In this document: positions 49,000 through 58,149 of the stretch, in pieces
Position numbering within the stretch: the stretch's first letter is position 1
How the letters are laid out: every line of letters begins with the position of its first letter
Source of the DNA: an uncultured Bordetella sp.
GTDB lineage: Bacteria; Pseudomonadota; Gammaproteobacteria; Burkholderiales; SG8-41
Reading direction: 5' to 3'
Assembly (NCBI GenBank): GCA_964486865.1
Contig: CAZAOZ010000002.1
Location: 98,352 to 162,351 of the forward strand
Length of the DNA stretch: 64,000 bases
Translations under genes and position numbers: made by a program
Notes under the pieces: model-generated
What the model was told of the DNA's origin: nothing
Seen by the model: the letters and a program-made list of their open reading frames with translations, nothing else
Databases searched by the model: none

Positions 49000-51075
49000 A
49001 TGTCTACCAACAAACTCTATCAAGCCGTCTTTGACCCCCGCGCCATCGCGCTGATCGGCGCGTCGGGCGACGAGCGCAAGAACACTTCGCGCCCCCAGCG
49101 CTATCTGCGTCGGCACGGTTACACCGGGAAAATCGTGCCGGTGAATCCGGGGCGCGACGAGATTTTCGGCGAGCAGGCGTATCCCGATGTCGCCGCCGTG
49201 CCGGACGCCATCGATCACGCCTTCATCATGGTGCCGGCGGGCGCGGTGCCGGCGGCGCTGGCACAGTGCGTCGCCAAAAAAATCCCGGTGGTCACGGTTT
49301 ACAGCGACGGCTTTGCCGAAACCGGCGCCGAAGGCCGCATCAAACAGCAAAAACTGAATGACATCATCCGCGGCAGCAACACACGGCTGATCGGCCCCAA
49401 CTGCATCGGACTGATGAGCACGCAGACCCATCTCGCGCTGTCGGTGAACGCGGTGCTGGAAAAACTCGACATCACCCCCGGCGGGCTGGCGCTGGTGTCG
49501 CAGTCGGGCAGCATGATGGGCGGCCTGATGTCGCGCGGCCTCGGCCGCGGCGTCGGTTTCTCCAAACTGATTTCCGTCGGCAATGAGGCCGACCTCGGTG
49601 TCGGCGAACTCGCCGGGCTGCTGGTCGATGACCCGCACACCGACACCATCCTGCTGTTCATGGAAACCATCCGCGATGCGCCGCACCTCGCCGACGCCGC
49701 GCGCCGCGCCTGTGACGCCGGCAAACCGGTCATCGTTTACAAGCTGGGCCGTTCCGAGGTCGGCCAGGACCTCGCCGCTTCGCATACCGGCGCCATGGCC
49801 GGCACCGACGAAGCCGTCGATGCCTTCTTCAAGGCGCACGCCATGCTGCGCGTGGATACGCTGGAAGCGCTGTTTGAACTGCCGGCGCTGGTGAAGGGGC
49901 GCAAACCGGGTAAACGCCATCGCGTCGCGGCAATGACCACCACCGGCGGCGGCGCGGCCTGCGTGGTCGATCGCATCGGCACTTATGGCGTCGATGTCGT
50001 CGGCCCGACCGACGCGCTGGTCGCCGCGCTGGCGCAGAAAAACATCAGCATCAATAAATCCCGGATTACCGACCTGACGCTGGCCGGCGCAAAAAAGGAA
50101 ATCTACGGCGGCGTGCTCGATGCATTGCTCGCTTCCGACCATTGCGACCTGGTGCTGGCCGTCGCCGGCAGCTCGGCGCAGTTCCAGCCGCAGATCGCCG
50201 TCGAGCCGCTGCTCGAAGCCGACCGCCGGGACAAATTTCTCGCCGTGTTCCTCGCGCCGCACGCCGAAGCGTCGCTGAAACTGCTGGCGCAGGCGGACAT
50301 CGCCGGGTTTCGCACACCGGAATCCTGCGCCGACGCCATCCGCGCCTGGCGCGACTGGACCGCGCCGGCGACCATGCCCGCACCGGACACAAAACGCACG
50401 GCTGCTGCCGGCGCCTTGCTCAGGGCCGCGCCCGGCAAACAACTCAATGAACAGCAGGCCTGTGCGGTATTCGGCGCGCTGGGCGTGCCGCAGGCGCAGA
50501 CCGCGGTGATGGCGGATGCCGAAGCGAAAGTGGATATCGGTTATCCGGTTGTCGCCAAGATCCTGTCGCCGGACATCGCGCACAAGACCGATGCCGGCGG
50601 CGTGATGCTGAATATCAATGATGCCGCGCAACTGAAACAGGCGGCGCAGGACATCCTGGCCCGCGTGCGCGCGAAACATCCGGCAGCCGGACTCAACGGC
50701 ATCCTGGTGCAGCGCATGGAACGCGGGCTGGCCGAAGTGATCGTCGGCTACAAGCGCGATCCGCAGGTGGGGCCTCTGGTGGTGATCGGCGTCGGCGGCG
50801 TGCTGGCCGAGATTTATCACGACTTCGCGATGCGCCTCGCACCGGTGACGCCGGAAGCGGCACTGCAGATGATCGGGGAAGTCAAAGGGCTGGCGGTCAT
50901 TCGCGGTTATCGCGGCATGCCGCAAGGCGACTGCGCCGCGCTGGCGCAGGCCGTGGCGGCGTTCTCGCAACTGGCCGCGTTTGACGACATTGCCGAAGCA
51001 GAAATCAACCCGCTGATCGTGCGCAAGGAAAGCGAAGGCGTGGTCGCGGTCGATGGCCTGATCGTCAGGCAATAA
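49000..51075 (+). CDS. Acetate--CoA ligase family protein (NDP-forming acyl-CoA synthetase: CoA-binding + ATP-grasp)
   Basis: Started at ATG 49000 (MSTNKLYQAVFDPRAIALIGAS...). GPNCIGL...SQSGSM... is a succinyl-CoA-synthetase-like alpha region, followed by a C-terminal ATP-grasp (YPVVAKILSPDIAHKTDAGGV). Confidence 0.8.
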   Translation: MSTNKLYQAVFDPRAIALIGASGDERKNTSRPQRYLRRHGYTGKIVPVNPGRDEIFGEQAYPDVAAVPDAIDHAFIMVPAGAVPAALAQCVAKKIPVVTVYSDGFAETGAEGRIKQQKLNDIIRGSNTRLIGPNCIGLMSTQTHLALSVNAVLEKLDITPGGLALVSQSGSMMGGLMSRGLGRGVGFSKLISVGNEADLGVGELAGLLVDDPHTDTILLFMETIRDAPHLADAARRACDAGKPVIVYKLGRSEVGQDLAASHTGAMAGTDEAVDAFFKAHAMLRVDTLEALFELPALVKGRKPGKRHRVAAMTTTGGGAACVVDRIGTYGVDVVGPTDALVAALAQKNISINKSRITDLTLAGAKKEIYGGVLDALLASDHCDLVLAVAGSSAQFQPQIAVEPLLEADRRDKFLAVFLAPHAEASLKLLAQADIAGFRTPESCADAIRAWRDWTAPATMPAPDTKRTAAAGALLRAAPGKQLNEQQACAVFGALGVPQAQTAVMADAEAKVDIGYPVVAKILSPDIAHKTDAGGVMLNINDAAQLKQAAQDILARVRAKHPAAGLNGILVQRMERGLAEVIVGYKRDPQVGPLVVIGVGGVLAEIYHDFAMRLAPVTPEAALQMIGEVKGLAVIRGYRGMPQGDCAALAQAVAAFSQLAAFDDIAEAEINPLIVRKESEGVVAVDGLIVRQ

Positions 51076-51113
51076 CAGGTCGGGCCGTACGCGGTCCGCC
51101 GGAGGAGCACGAT

Positions 51114-51632
51114 ATGGCACAAAGCCTGGGCAACAAGCTGGACAGCGGTGACGCGTTTCCGGATTTTGAGCTGCGTCTGGTCAGCGGCGGCACACAGAAG
51201 ATTTCGCAACTGGCCGGCGGCCAGTGGAGCGTGGTGCTGCTGTACCGCGGCGACTGGTGAAGGTACTGCCGTCAGCAGTTGGCTGACTATCAGACATGGC
51301 TGCTGGAGTTCAGGCAGTTGAATATCGGGATCGTCGCCGCTTCGGTGGATCCGCTGGCGGAAGCGCAGAAAACGGTGGCGAACCAGGCGTTGACCTATCC
51401 GGTCGGCTACGGACTCGACTACCAGGACATCAGTCGCAGGACTGGCGCATTCATCGAACACGAGCGCAAAATCCTCCATGCGACCGGATTCCTGCTGAAA
51501 CCGGACTTGAAGATACAGGTAGCCGCATACTCGACCGGGCCCATCGGCAGACTCACGCCCAACGACGTGACTTCTCTGGTGCGGCTGGTTGCCCCGAAAA
51601 CACCGGGACCACAAGGAGCCTTGCCATGCTGA
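51114..51632 (+). CDS. Redoxin / peroxiredoxin-like (AhpC-TSA family) protein with in-frame UGA at codon 49: candidate selenoprotein (U-R-Y-C)
   Basis: ATG 51114 with GGAGGAG 6 nt upstream. Translation is MAQSLGNKLDSGDAFPDFELRLVSGGTQKISQLAGGQWSVVLLYRGDW-[TGA 51258-51260]-RYCRQQLADYQTWLLEF...GIVAASVD...TGFLLKPD...GPIGRL, in one frame to the stop at 51632. The ORF track shows only the C-terminal part (51279..51632). The TGA sits at the first Cys of the family W-C-P-Y-C motif. Confidence 0.6.
51266..51293 (+). promoter_or_regulatory. SECIS-like stem-loop downstream of the UGA
   Basis: CUG-cc-GUCAGC-AGUUG-GCUGAC-uau-CAG. The upper stem starts 10 nt after the UGA, and the apical-loop G/U residues lie about 21-24 nt from the U of UGA. 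This is comparable to the bacterial SECIS model derived from fdhF. Confidence 0.5.
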
Positions 51633-53038
51633 TGCAACAACTCGCCGATTACGCGATACGCGAACAGACCGCCGCGCTGCCGCCTGAAGTCATCCACCAC
51701 GCCAAGCGCGCGGTCATCGACTGGTATGCGGCATTGCTGCCGGGCAGCATCGTCAATCCGGCCGTATTGATGGAAGAAGCCTTTGCCGAGGATCTCGACC
51801 GCGGCCGCGCACGGTTAGCGACCGGCCGCCGCGCCACGCTGCGTGCCGCCGCGCTGATCAACGGCGCGGCTTCGCATTCGGTGGAGTTCGACGACATCTA
51901 CCGCGACGCCGGCTATCACCCGGGCAGCCCGGTGATTTCCGCGGCGCTGGCCACGGCGCAGGCCAGCGGCGCGTCGGGCGAAAAATTCCTGCGCGGCGTC
52001 ATCGTCGGTTATGAAATCTCCACACGGATCGGCGAGGCCGTCATGCCGTCGCACTACAAGTACTGGCACACCACCGGTACCGTCGGCGCTTTCGGCGCGG
52101 CAGCCGCGGCGGCCACCATACTCAGCGCCAATCGCGATCAATTCATGCATGCGCTGGCCACCGTCGGCAGTTTCGCCTCGGGGCTGCAGCAGGCGTTCCG
52201 CTCGCAGGCGATGACCAAGCCGCTGCACGGCGGCCACGCCGCCGACGCCGGCTGCTGGGCGGCGATGGCGGCAGTGAAGGGCGTTACCGGCGCGCTGGAC
52301 ATCATCGAAGGCGAGTTCGGCTTCGGCAATGCGATGAGCGTGAATCCCGACTGGAGCAAGGCCACCCGCGGCCTGGGCAAGGACTACCACATCATCCACG
52401 TCACCTTCAAAAACCACGGTTGCTGCGGCCACACCTTCCCGGCGATCGACGGCGTGCTGCATTTGCAGAAAGAACACCGGTTCACGCACAAAGACGTCAA
52501 ACACATCAAGCTCGCCACCTACAAGGCGGGGCTGGATATCATTGACAATGCCAACCCGGAAGGCGATTACCAGGCCAAGTTCAGCATCCAGTACACCGTG
52601 GCGCATGCGCTGGTGCATGGCAGCGTACGGCTCAATGCCTTCCTGCCCGAGCGGCTGAATGATGCCGACGTGCGGACGCTGATCAAAAAAATAGAGCCTG
52701 TGGCCGACCCGGTGCTGTCGAAGGGTTATCCGGGCCAGCGCGCGGCGCAGGTGGAAATCGAATTGAACGACGGCCGCAAGTTCGGACATTTCCAGCCCTA
52801 CCGCAAGGGGGATCCGGAACTGCCGCTGAGCGACGAAGAACTGAACGACAAGTTCACCGAGCTTGCCGCGCCGGTCATCGGCAAGGCCGCAGCAAGCGCA
52901 CTGCTGAAACAACTGTGGAATACCGAGCAACTCGTCAATGTCGATTACGACACCGGCGCCGGCGTCCAACGCGCCCCGGAGGAAGTCCTCTTGGGGGGCG
53001 CCCCGAAGGAAGTCCTCCTGGAGGGAGCGGCGGGTTGA
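51626..53038 (+). CDS. MmgE/PrpD family protein (copy 2)
   Basis: Frame of ORF 51296..53038, starting at ATG 51626, which overlaps the redoxin stop. MLMQQLADYAIREQTAALPPEVIHHAKRAVIDWYAALL...NGAASHSVEFDDIY...HPGS. Confidence 0.8.
   Translation: MLMQQLADYAIREQTAALPPEVIHHAKRAVIDWYAALLPGSIVNPAVLMEEAFAEDLDRGRARLATGRRATLRAAALINGAASHSVEFDDIYRDAGYHPGSPVISAALATAQASGASGEKFLRGVIVGYEISTRIGEAVMPSHYKYWHTTGTVGAFGAAAAAATILSANRDQFMHALATVGSFASGLQQAFRSQAMTKPLHGGHAADAGCWAAMAAVKGVTGALDIIEGEFGFGNAMSVNPDWSKATRGLGKDYHIIHVTFKNHGCCGHTFPAIDGVLHLQKEHRFTHKDVKHIKLATYKAGLDIIDNANPEGDYQAKFSIQYTVAHALVHGSVRLNAFLPERLNDADVRTLIKKIEPVADPVLSKGYPGQRAAQVEIELNDGRKFGHFQPYRKGDPELPLSDEELNDKFTELAAPVIGKAAASALLKQLWNTEQLVNVDYDTGAGVQRAPEEVLLGGAPKEVLLEGAAG
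52971..53024 (+). repeat. 27-bp tandem duplication at the 3' end of the second PrpD-family gene
   Basis: GCGCCCCGGAGGAAGTCCTCTTGGGGG / GCGCCCCGAAGGAAGTCCTCCTGGAGG, 24 of 27 identical. It encodes APEEVLLGG/APKEVLLEG. Confidence 0.8.
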
Positions 53039-53075
53039 ACCGCGCCGCCGCCGCATCCCGACTCAAGGAAAACGC

Positions 53076-54038
53076 ATGAACAAAATCCTGGTAGCGCTTG
53101 CTCTTGCCGCAATGGCCGCACCTGCGTTCGCTGCAGAGACATTCCCCACGCGGCCGATCCGCTTCATCGTGCCCTACGCGCCCGGCGGCAACGTCGATAT
53201 CTCCGCGCGCATCGTCGCCCCGCCGCTGGGCGAAATACTCGGGCAGACCGTGGTCGTCGATAACCGGCCCGGCGCCGGCGGCAATCTCGGCGCCTCGCTG
53301 GTAGCCAAAGCCACGCCCGACGGTTACACGCTGCTGGTCGGATCGAGCGGCCCGCTGTCGGTGAACCCGGTGATTTTCAAAAACCTGCCTTACGATACGC
53401 TGAAGGACTTCGCGCCGATCTCCACGGTGCAGGCCGTGCCGCTGGTCGTGCTGGCCGGCCCGAAAGCCGGCATCAACTCGATGGCCGATCTGGTCAATGC
53501 CGCGAAAGCACGGCCCGGCAAACTGACCATGGCCTCCGCCGGCGCGGGCACCACCAACCATTTCGCCATCGAACTGTTTGCCAGCATGGCCAACGTCAAG
53601 GTGCTGCATGTGCCGTACAAAGGCAGCGGCCCGGCGCTGTCCGAACTGCTGGGCGGACAGGTCGAAACCATGGTGGATCAGCTCGCCGCGTCGATCGGTT
53701 ACGTCAAGGACGGCCGCTTGAAAGTATTGGCCGTGACCACGGCGCAGCGCGCCGCGGCGCTGCCCAATGTGCCGACGCTGGATGAACTGGGCTACAAGGG
53801 TTATCAGGCCTCGACACTGCTCGGCCTGCTCGCCCCCGCGGGCACGCCCAGGCCGGTGATCGCCAGACTCAACGCCGCCGTGCGCAAGACCATGGACAAC
53901 ACCACCGTCGCCGAACGCTTTCGCGGACTGGGCGCCACACCGGGCGCGAGTTCGCCGGAAGAATTCAGCATGCGCATCCGCGACGAATTGCAGCAATGGC
54001 GGGTACTGGTCAAAAAACTCGATCTCAAATTCGAATAA
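53076..54038 (+). CDS. Bug-family tripartite tricarboxylate transporter substrate-binding protein (TctC), copy 2
   Basis: Frame of ORF 52938..54038, starting at ATG 53076. Signal peptide MNKILVALALAAMAAPAFA, then FPTRPIRFIVPYAPGGNVDISAR...NRPGAGGNLG...PDGYTLL...HVPYKGSGPA. Confidence 0.85.
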   Translation: MNKILVALALAAMAAPAFAAETFPTRPIRFIVPYAPGGNVDISARIVAPPLGEILGQTVVVDNRPGAGGNLGASLVAKATPDGYTLLVGSSGPLSVNPVIFKNLPYDTLKDFAPISTVQAVPLVVLAGPKAGINSMADLVNAAKARPGKLTMASAGAGTTNHFAIELFASMANVKVLHVPYKGSGPALSELLGGQVETMVDQLAASIGYVKDGRLKVLAVTTAQRAAALPNVPTLDELGYKGYQASTLLGLLAPAGTPRPVIARLNAAVRKTMDNTTVAERFRGLGATPGASSPEEFSMRIRDELQQWRVLVKKLDLKFE

Positions 54039-54050
54039 CAGGAGCAGGAC

Positions 54051-54956
54051 ATGGGCTCAGGATCAGACCGCGTCACGGCGCGCATGCGCGCGCTGCTGGC
54101 GCGCCCCGGCTGCGTGGTCGCGCCGGGCGTCGCCGACGCCTTTGCCGCGCGACTGGTCAAGCTCGAAGGTTTCGAGGCGGTGTACATGACCGGCTTCGGC
54201 ACCAGCCTGACCCGGCTGGGCATGCCCGATGTCGGCCTGCTGACCGCCAGCGAAATGATCGACAACGCCGGCCGCATTGCCGACGCCTCGGAATTGCCGG
54301 TGATTGCCGATGCCGACACCGGCTACGGCAATCCGATCAACACCCGGCGCACCATCCGCGATTATGAAAAGGCCGGTGTCGCCGGCGTGCATCTCGAGGA
54401 TCAGGCCTGGCCCAAGCGCTGCGGGCACCTCGCCGGCAAACGCGTGATCCCGACGGCGGAAATGGTCGCCAAGATCAAGGCGGCCTGCGATGCGCGCCGC
54501 GACGATGATTTCGTCATCATCACCCGCACCGATGCCATCGCCATCGAAGGCATGGAGGCCGCGCTGGAGCGCGGCGAGCGTTATCGCGAGGCCGGCGCCG
54601 ACGTCTTGTTCATCGAAGCGCCGGTGGGCCGCGAGCAGGTCGAGGTCGTATCCAAACGCTTCAAAGGCGTGCCGCTGCTCTACAACATGGCGGCCAGCGG
54701 CAAAACGCCGGATCTGCCCGCCGATGAACTCGGCAGACTCGGTTTCAATCTGGCGATTTATCCAAACTGGCTGCTGCTCGCCGCAATCCCGGCGATGCAG
54801 AATCTGCTGCGCGAGCTGAAACGCACCGGCTCCATTGCGCATCTGCGCGACCAGGTGGCCAACTTCAAGCAATTCACCGACATTGCCGGGTTGCCCGAAG
54901 TGCAGGAACTGGAAAACCGCTACGGCTTGCCTGAAGACCAGCGCGCGGGTCTTTAA
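54051..54956 (+). CDS. Isocitrate lyase / PEP mutase family protein (methylisocitrate-, dimethylmalate- or oxaloacetate-lyase-like)
   Basis: PGVADAFAARLVKLEGFEAVYMTG...VIADADTGYGN...GVAGVHLEDQAWPKRCGHLAGK...ITRTDA...ADVLFIEA. Confidence 0.8.
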   Translation: MGSGSDRVTARMRALLARPGCVVAPGVADAFAARLVKLEGFEAVYMTGFGTSLTRLGMPDVGLLTASEMIDNAGRIADASELPVIADADTGYGNPINTRRTIRDYEKAGVAGVHLEDQAWPKRCGHLAGKRVIPTAEMVAKIKAACDARRDDDFVIITRTDAIAIEGMEAALERGERYREAGADVLFIEAPVGREQVEVVSKRFKGVPLLYNMAASGKTPDLPADELGRLGFNLAIYPNWLLLAAIPAMQNLLRELKRTGSIAHLRDQVANFKQFTDIAGLPEVQELENRYGLPEDQRAGL

Positions 54957-54971
54957 ATCAACGTTTCAACC

Positions 54972-56729
54972 ATGAGCGCCGGCATGTTCCATCCAGGCAG
55001 GGTCTGTGTCATTGCCGCACTGTGGCTGGCGGTGTGCCTGCCGCTGCAGGCGCAGGTCGATCGTCCGGCGCAGCCCGAGTCGTCCAGCGGCAGGATCGAG
55101 AAGCCGCTCGCGCACGCAAAACGCCACATGGTTGCCGCTGCGCATCCGCTCGCGGTGGAGGCCGGGCTGGAGATACTCGATGCCGGCGGCAGCGCCGCCG
55201 ATGCCGCCATCGCCGTGCAACTGGTGCTGAATCTGGTCGAACCGCACGCGTCGGGACTCGGCGGCGGCGCCTATCTGCTGCACTACGATGCGCGGCAGCG
55301 TGCGATGCTGGCTTACGACGGCCGCGAAACAGCCCCCGCCGCCGCGACACCTGAACTGTTTTTGCGTGAAGGCAAACCGCTGTCTTTCCGTGCCGCCGTA
55401 ATCGGCGGGCGCGCCGTGGGCGTGCCGGGCGTGCCCCGCCTGCTGGAAATCGCGCACCGGCAACACGGCAAACTGCCCTGGGCGCGGCTTTTTCAACCCG
55501 CCATCCGGCTTGCGGAAAACGGTTTTCCGCTCTCCTCGCGCGTCCACATGCTGCTGCAAAGAGATCACGGCATTGCTGAAGGCACTGCTGCCCGGGAATA
55601 TTTTTTCACGGGCGACGGCAAACCCAGGCCTGCGGGCACCATCCTGCGCAATCCGGAATTCGCACGCACCCTGCGCGCTTTGGCGGCGGGCGGCGCCGAT
55701 GCGTTCTACACCGGAGACCTCGCCCGGGATGTGGTGGCCGCGGTGCGCAACCATCCGGCCAACGCCGGCTCGTTGACCGAAGCCGATCTGGCGAGCTACC
55801 GGGTGATTGAAGTGTCTGCGCTGTGCGGCCCCTACCGCGCCTATCGCGTCTGCGGCATGCCGCCCTCCTCCTCCGGCGGCATTGCCGTGCTGCAAATACT
55901 CGGCCTGCTGTCGCACCACGACATGCCGAAGGTGGCGCCGGACTCGACACAGGCCGTGCATCTACTCGCGGAAGCCGGCCGCCTCGCCTTTGCCGACCGC
56001 AATCGCTATGTCGCGGATGATCGTTTCGTAAACGTGCCGGTACAGGGTCTGCTGAACCCGGCCTACCTTGCGGAGCGCGCCAAACTGATCAGGCCCGACC
56101 GCAGCATGGGTCAAGCCGAAGCCGGCGTTCCGCCCGGCGCCAACGTGGCTTGGGCCGATGATCCGGTGGATGAGGTGGCGGGCACCAGCCATATCGCCAT
56201 CGTCGATGCCGCGGGCAATGCCGTCTCGATGACCACGACCATTGAAAGCATTTTCGGCAGCCGCGTCTTCGTCCGGGGATTTTTGCTCAACAACCAATTG
56301 ACCGATTTCAATTTCAACCCCGTCGAGAACGGACGCCCGGTCGCCAACGCCGTCGCTCCCGGCAAGCGGCCGCGCAGTTCGATGGCGCCCACGCTGGTGT
56401 TTGATGCCCAGGGCAATCTGCACATGGTTCTCGGCGCACCCGGCGGCAGCCGGATCATCGGCTATGTCGCCAAAACCCTGATCGCCACGCTCGACTGGAA
56501 CATGGATATGCAGGCGGCTATTGCGCTACCCCATTTCGGCAGTCGCAACGGTCCGACTGAAATCGAGCAGGGTACGGCTTACGAAAATCTGACCGGCGCG
56601 CTGCAAGCGATGGGCCACAACGTTGAAATCACCGACATGACCAGCGGCATACACGGCATCATGCGCGACAGGAACGGCTGGCAGGGCGGCGCGGATCCGC
56701 GGCGCGAGGGCATCGCAAAGGGGCGTTGA
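54972..56729 (+). CDS. ggt: Gamma-glutamyltransferase
   Basis: Signal peptide, then AAAHPLAVEAGLEILDAGGSAADAAIA...GLGGGAYLL. Autoprocessing site AGTSHIAIVD. Also MAPTLVF and LGAPGGSRII. Confidence 0.9.
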   Translation: MSAGMFHPGRVCVIAALWLAVCLPLQAQVDRPAQPESSSGRIEKPLAHAKRHMVAAAHPLAVEAGLEILDAGGSAADAAIAVQLVLNLVEPHASGLGGGAYLLHYDARQRAMLAYDGRETAPAAATPELFLREGKPLSFRAAVIGGRAVGVPGVPRLLEIAHRQHGKLPWARLFQPAIRLAENGFPLSSRVHMLLQRDHGIAEGTAAREYFFTGDGKPRPAGTILRNPEFARTLRALAAGGADAFYTGDLARDVVAAVRNHPANAGSLTEADLASYRVIEVSALCGPYRAYRVCGMPPSSSGGIAVLQILGLLSHHDMPKVAPDSTQAVHLLAEAGRLAFADRNRYVADDRFVNVPVQGLLNPAYLAERAKLIRPDRSMGQAEAGVPPGANVAWADDPVDEVAGTSHIAIVDAAGNAVSMTTTIESIFGSRVFVRGFLLNNQLTDFNFNPVENGRPVANAVAPGKRPRSSMAPTLVFDAQGNLHMVLGAPGGSRIIGYVAKTLIATLDWNMDMQAAIALPHFGSRNGPTEIEQGTAYENLTGALQAMGHNVEITDMTSGIHGIMRDRNGWQGGADPRREGIAKGR

Positions 56730-56730
56730 G

Positions 56731-58134
56731 ATGGCTGCGACATTATTTGAAAAAATCTGGAATGCCCATGTCATCATGGAGCGCCCCGGCGGCGATGCGC
56801 TGCTGCACATCGACCGCAATCTGGTCCATGAAGGTTCATTTCACGCCTTCGGCGCGCTGGCCAAGGACGGCCGCACCGTGCGCAAGCCGCGGCAGACTTT
56901 TGCCGTCGCCGACCATTACGTGCCGACCGTCGGCCGCGAGCGCGGCGTGGCCGCCGCCGAGGATGCCGACGCGCGCCACATGATCGCATTGCTTGAGGAA
57001 AATTCGCGCCTCAACGGCATCGCGCACTTCGGCATCGCCGACGACCGCCAGGGCATCGTGCATGTCATCGGGCCCGAACTGGGCATCACCCAGCCGGGCC
57101 TGACCATCACCTGCGGTGATTCGCACACCTCCACTCACGGCGCGCTGGGCGCCTACGCCTTCGGCACCGGCGCCTCACAACTGAAACAGATCCTCGCCAC
57201 GCAGTGCCTGTGGCTGAAGCGGCCGAAAACCCTGCGCATCACCGTCGATGGCGCGCTGGCGCCGGGCGTCACCGGCAAGGACGTGGTGCTGGCGATCATC
57301 GCCAAGATCGGCACGGCCGGCGCCACCGGCCATGTCATCGAATTCGCAGGCAGTGCAATCCGCGGCCTGACCGTCGAAGGCCGGTTGACGGTGTGCAACA
57401 TGGCGATCGAAGCCGGCGCGCGCGCCGGCATGATTGCGCCGGATGATGCGGTATATCAATTCCTGCACGGTCGCGAGTACGCCCCCAGGGGCGCCGACTG
57501 GGACGCCGCGCTGGCGCGGTGGCGAATGCTGCCCACGGATGAGGGCGCGCGCTTCGACCGCGAAGTCGCGCTCAATGGCGCGCAGCTCGAACCCATGGTG
57601 ACCTGGGGCACCAGTCCCGAGGAAGCGCTGCCGGTATCGGGTCGCGTGCCGGACCCGGCAACCTTGCCCGAAGCCGATCAGCGCGCCCACGCCAAACTGG
57701 CGCTCGCCTACATGGATCTGCAGCCCGGCATGGCACTGACCGACATCCGCATCGACCGCGCCTTCATCGGCAGTTGCACCAACGGCCGCATCGAGGATCT
57801 GCGCGCGGCAGCGACCGTGCTCAAAGGCCGCAAGTCGGTGATCCCGGCCTGGGTGTCGCCGGGCTCGACCACGCTGAAGCGGCAGGCCGAGGCCGAAGGG
57901 CTGGACCGCATTTTTACGGAGGCCGGCGTCGAATGGCGCGCGTCCGGTTGTTCAAGCTGCGCCGCAATGAACGGCGACACGGTGCCCGCGGGCCAGCGCT
58001 GCGCTTCGACCTCCAACCGCAATTTCGAGGGCCGCCAGGGCAAGGGCGCGCGCACCCACCTGATGAGTCCGGCGATGGCGGCCGCGGCCATGGTTACCGG
58101 CCGCATCACCGACGTACGGAAGCTGACGGCGTAA
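56731..58134 (+). CDS. leuC: 3-isopropylmalate dehydratase large subunit (LeuC-type aconitase-family hydro-lyase; may be a catabolic paralogue)
   Basis: LFEKIWNAHVI...LHIDRNLVHE...CGDSHTSTHGALGA...GSCTNGRIEDL...GCSSCAAMN...STSNRNFEGRQG. There is no leuB nearby and the gene sits in the catabolic cluster. Confidence 0.75.
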   Translation: MAATLFEKIWNAHVIMERPGGDALLHIDRNLVHEGSFHAFGALAKDGRTVRKPRQTFAVADHYVPTVGRERGVAAAEDADARHMIALLEENSRLNGIAHFGIADDRQGIVHVIGPELGITQPGLTITCGDSHTSTHGALGAYAFGTGASQLKQILATQCLWLKRPKTLRITVDGALAPGVTGKDVVLAIIAKIGTAGATGHVIEFAGSAIRGLTVEGRLTVCNMAIEAGARAGMIAPDDAVYQFLHGREYAPRGADWDAALARWRMLPTDEGARFDREVALNGAQLEPMVTWGTSPEEALPVSGRVPDPATLPEADQRAHAKLALAYMDLQPGMALTDIRIDRAFIGSCTNGRIEDLRAAATVLKGRKSVIPAWVSPGSTTLKRQAEAEGLDRIFTEAGVEWRASGCSSCAAMNGDTVPAGQRCASTSNRNFEGRQGKGARTHLMSPAMAAAAMVTGRITDVRKLTA

Positions 58135-58149
58135 CCCTTAAAACCTTTA

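Noticed and set aside
51258-51260. The TGA in the redoxin gene as a simple nonsense mutation (pseudogene), or as the true end of a 48-aa peptide followed by an independent 117-aa ORF.
   Set aside because: Not fully rejected, and kept as the alternative hypothesis. I favour Sec because the TGA falls exactly on the redox Cys column, both halves remain in one frame with family-typical sequence, and a correctly spaced hairpin follows. The TTG start given for the 117-aa ORF has no RBS and would begin in the middle of the thioredoxin fold.
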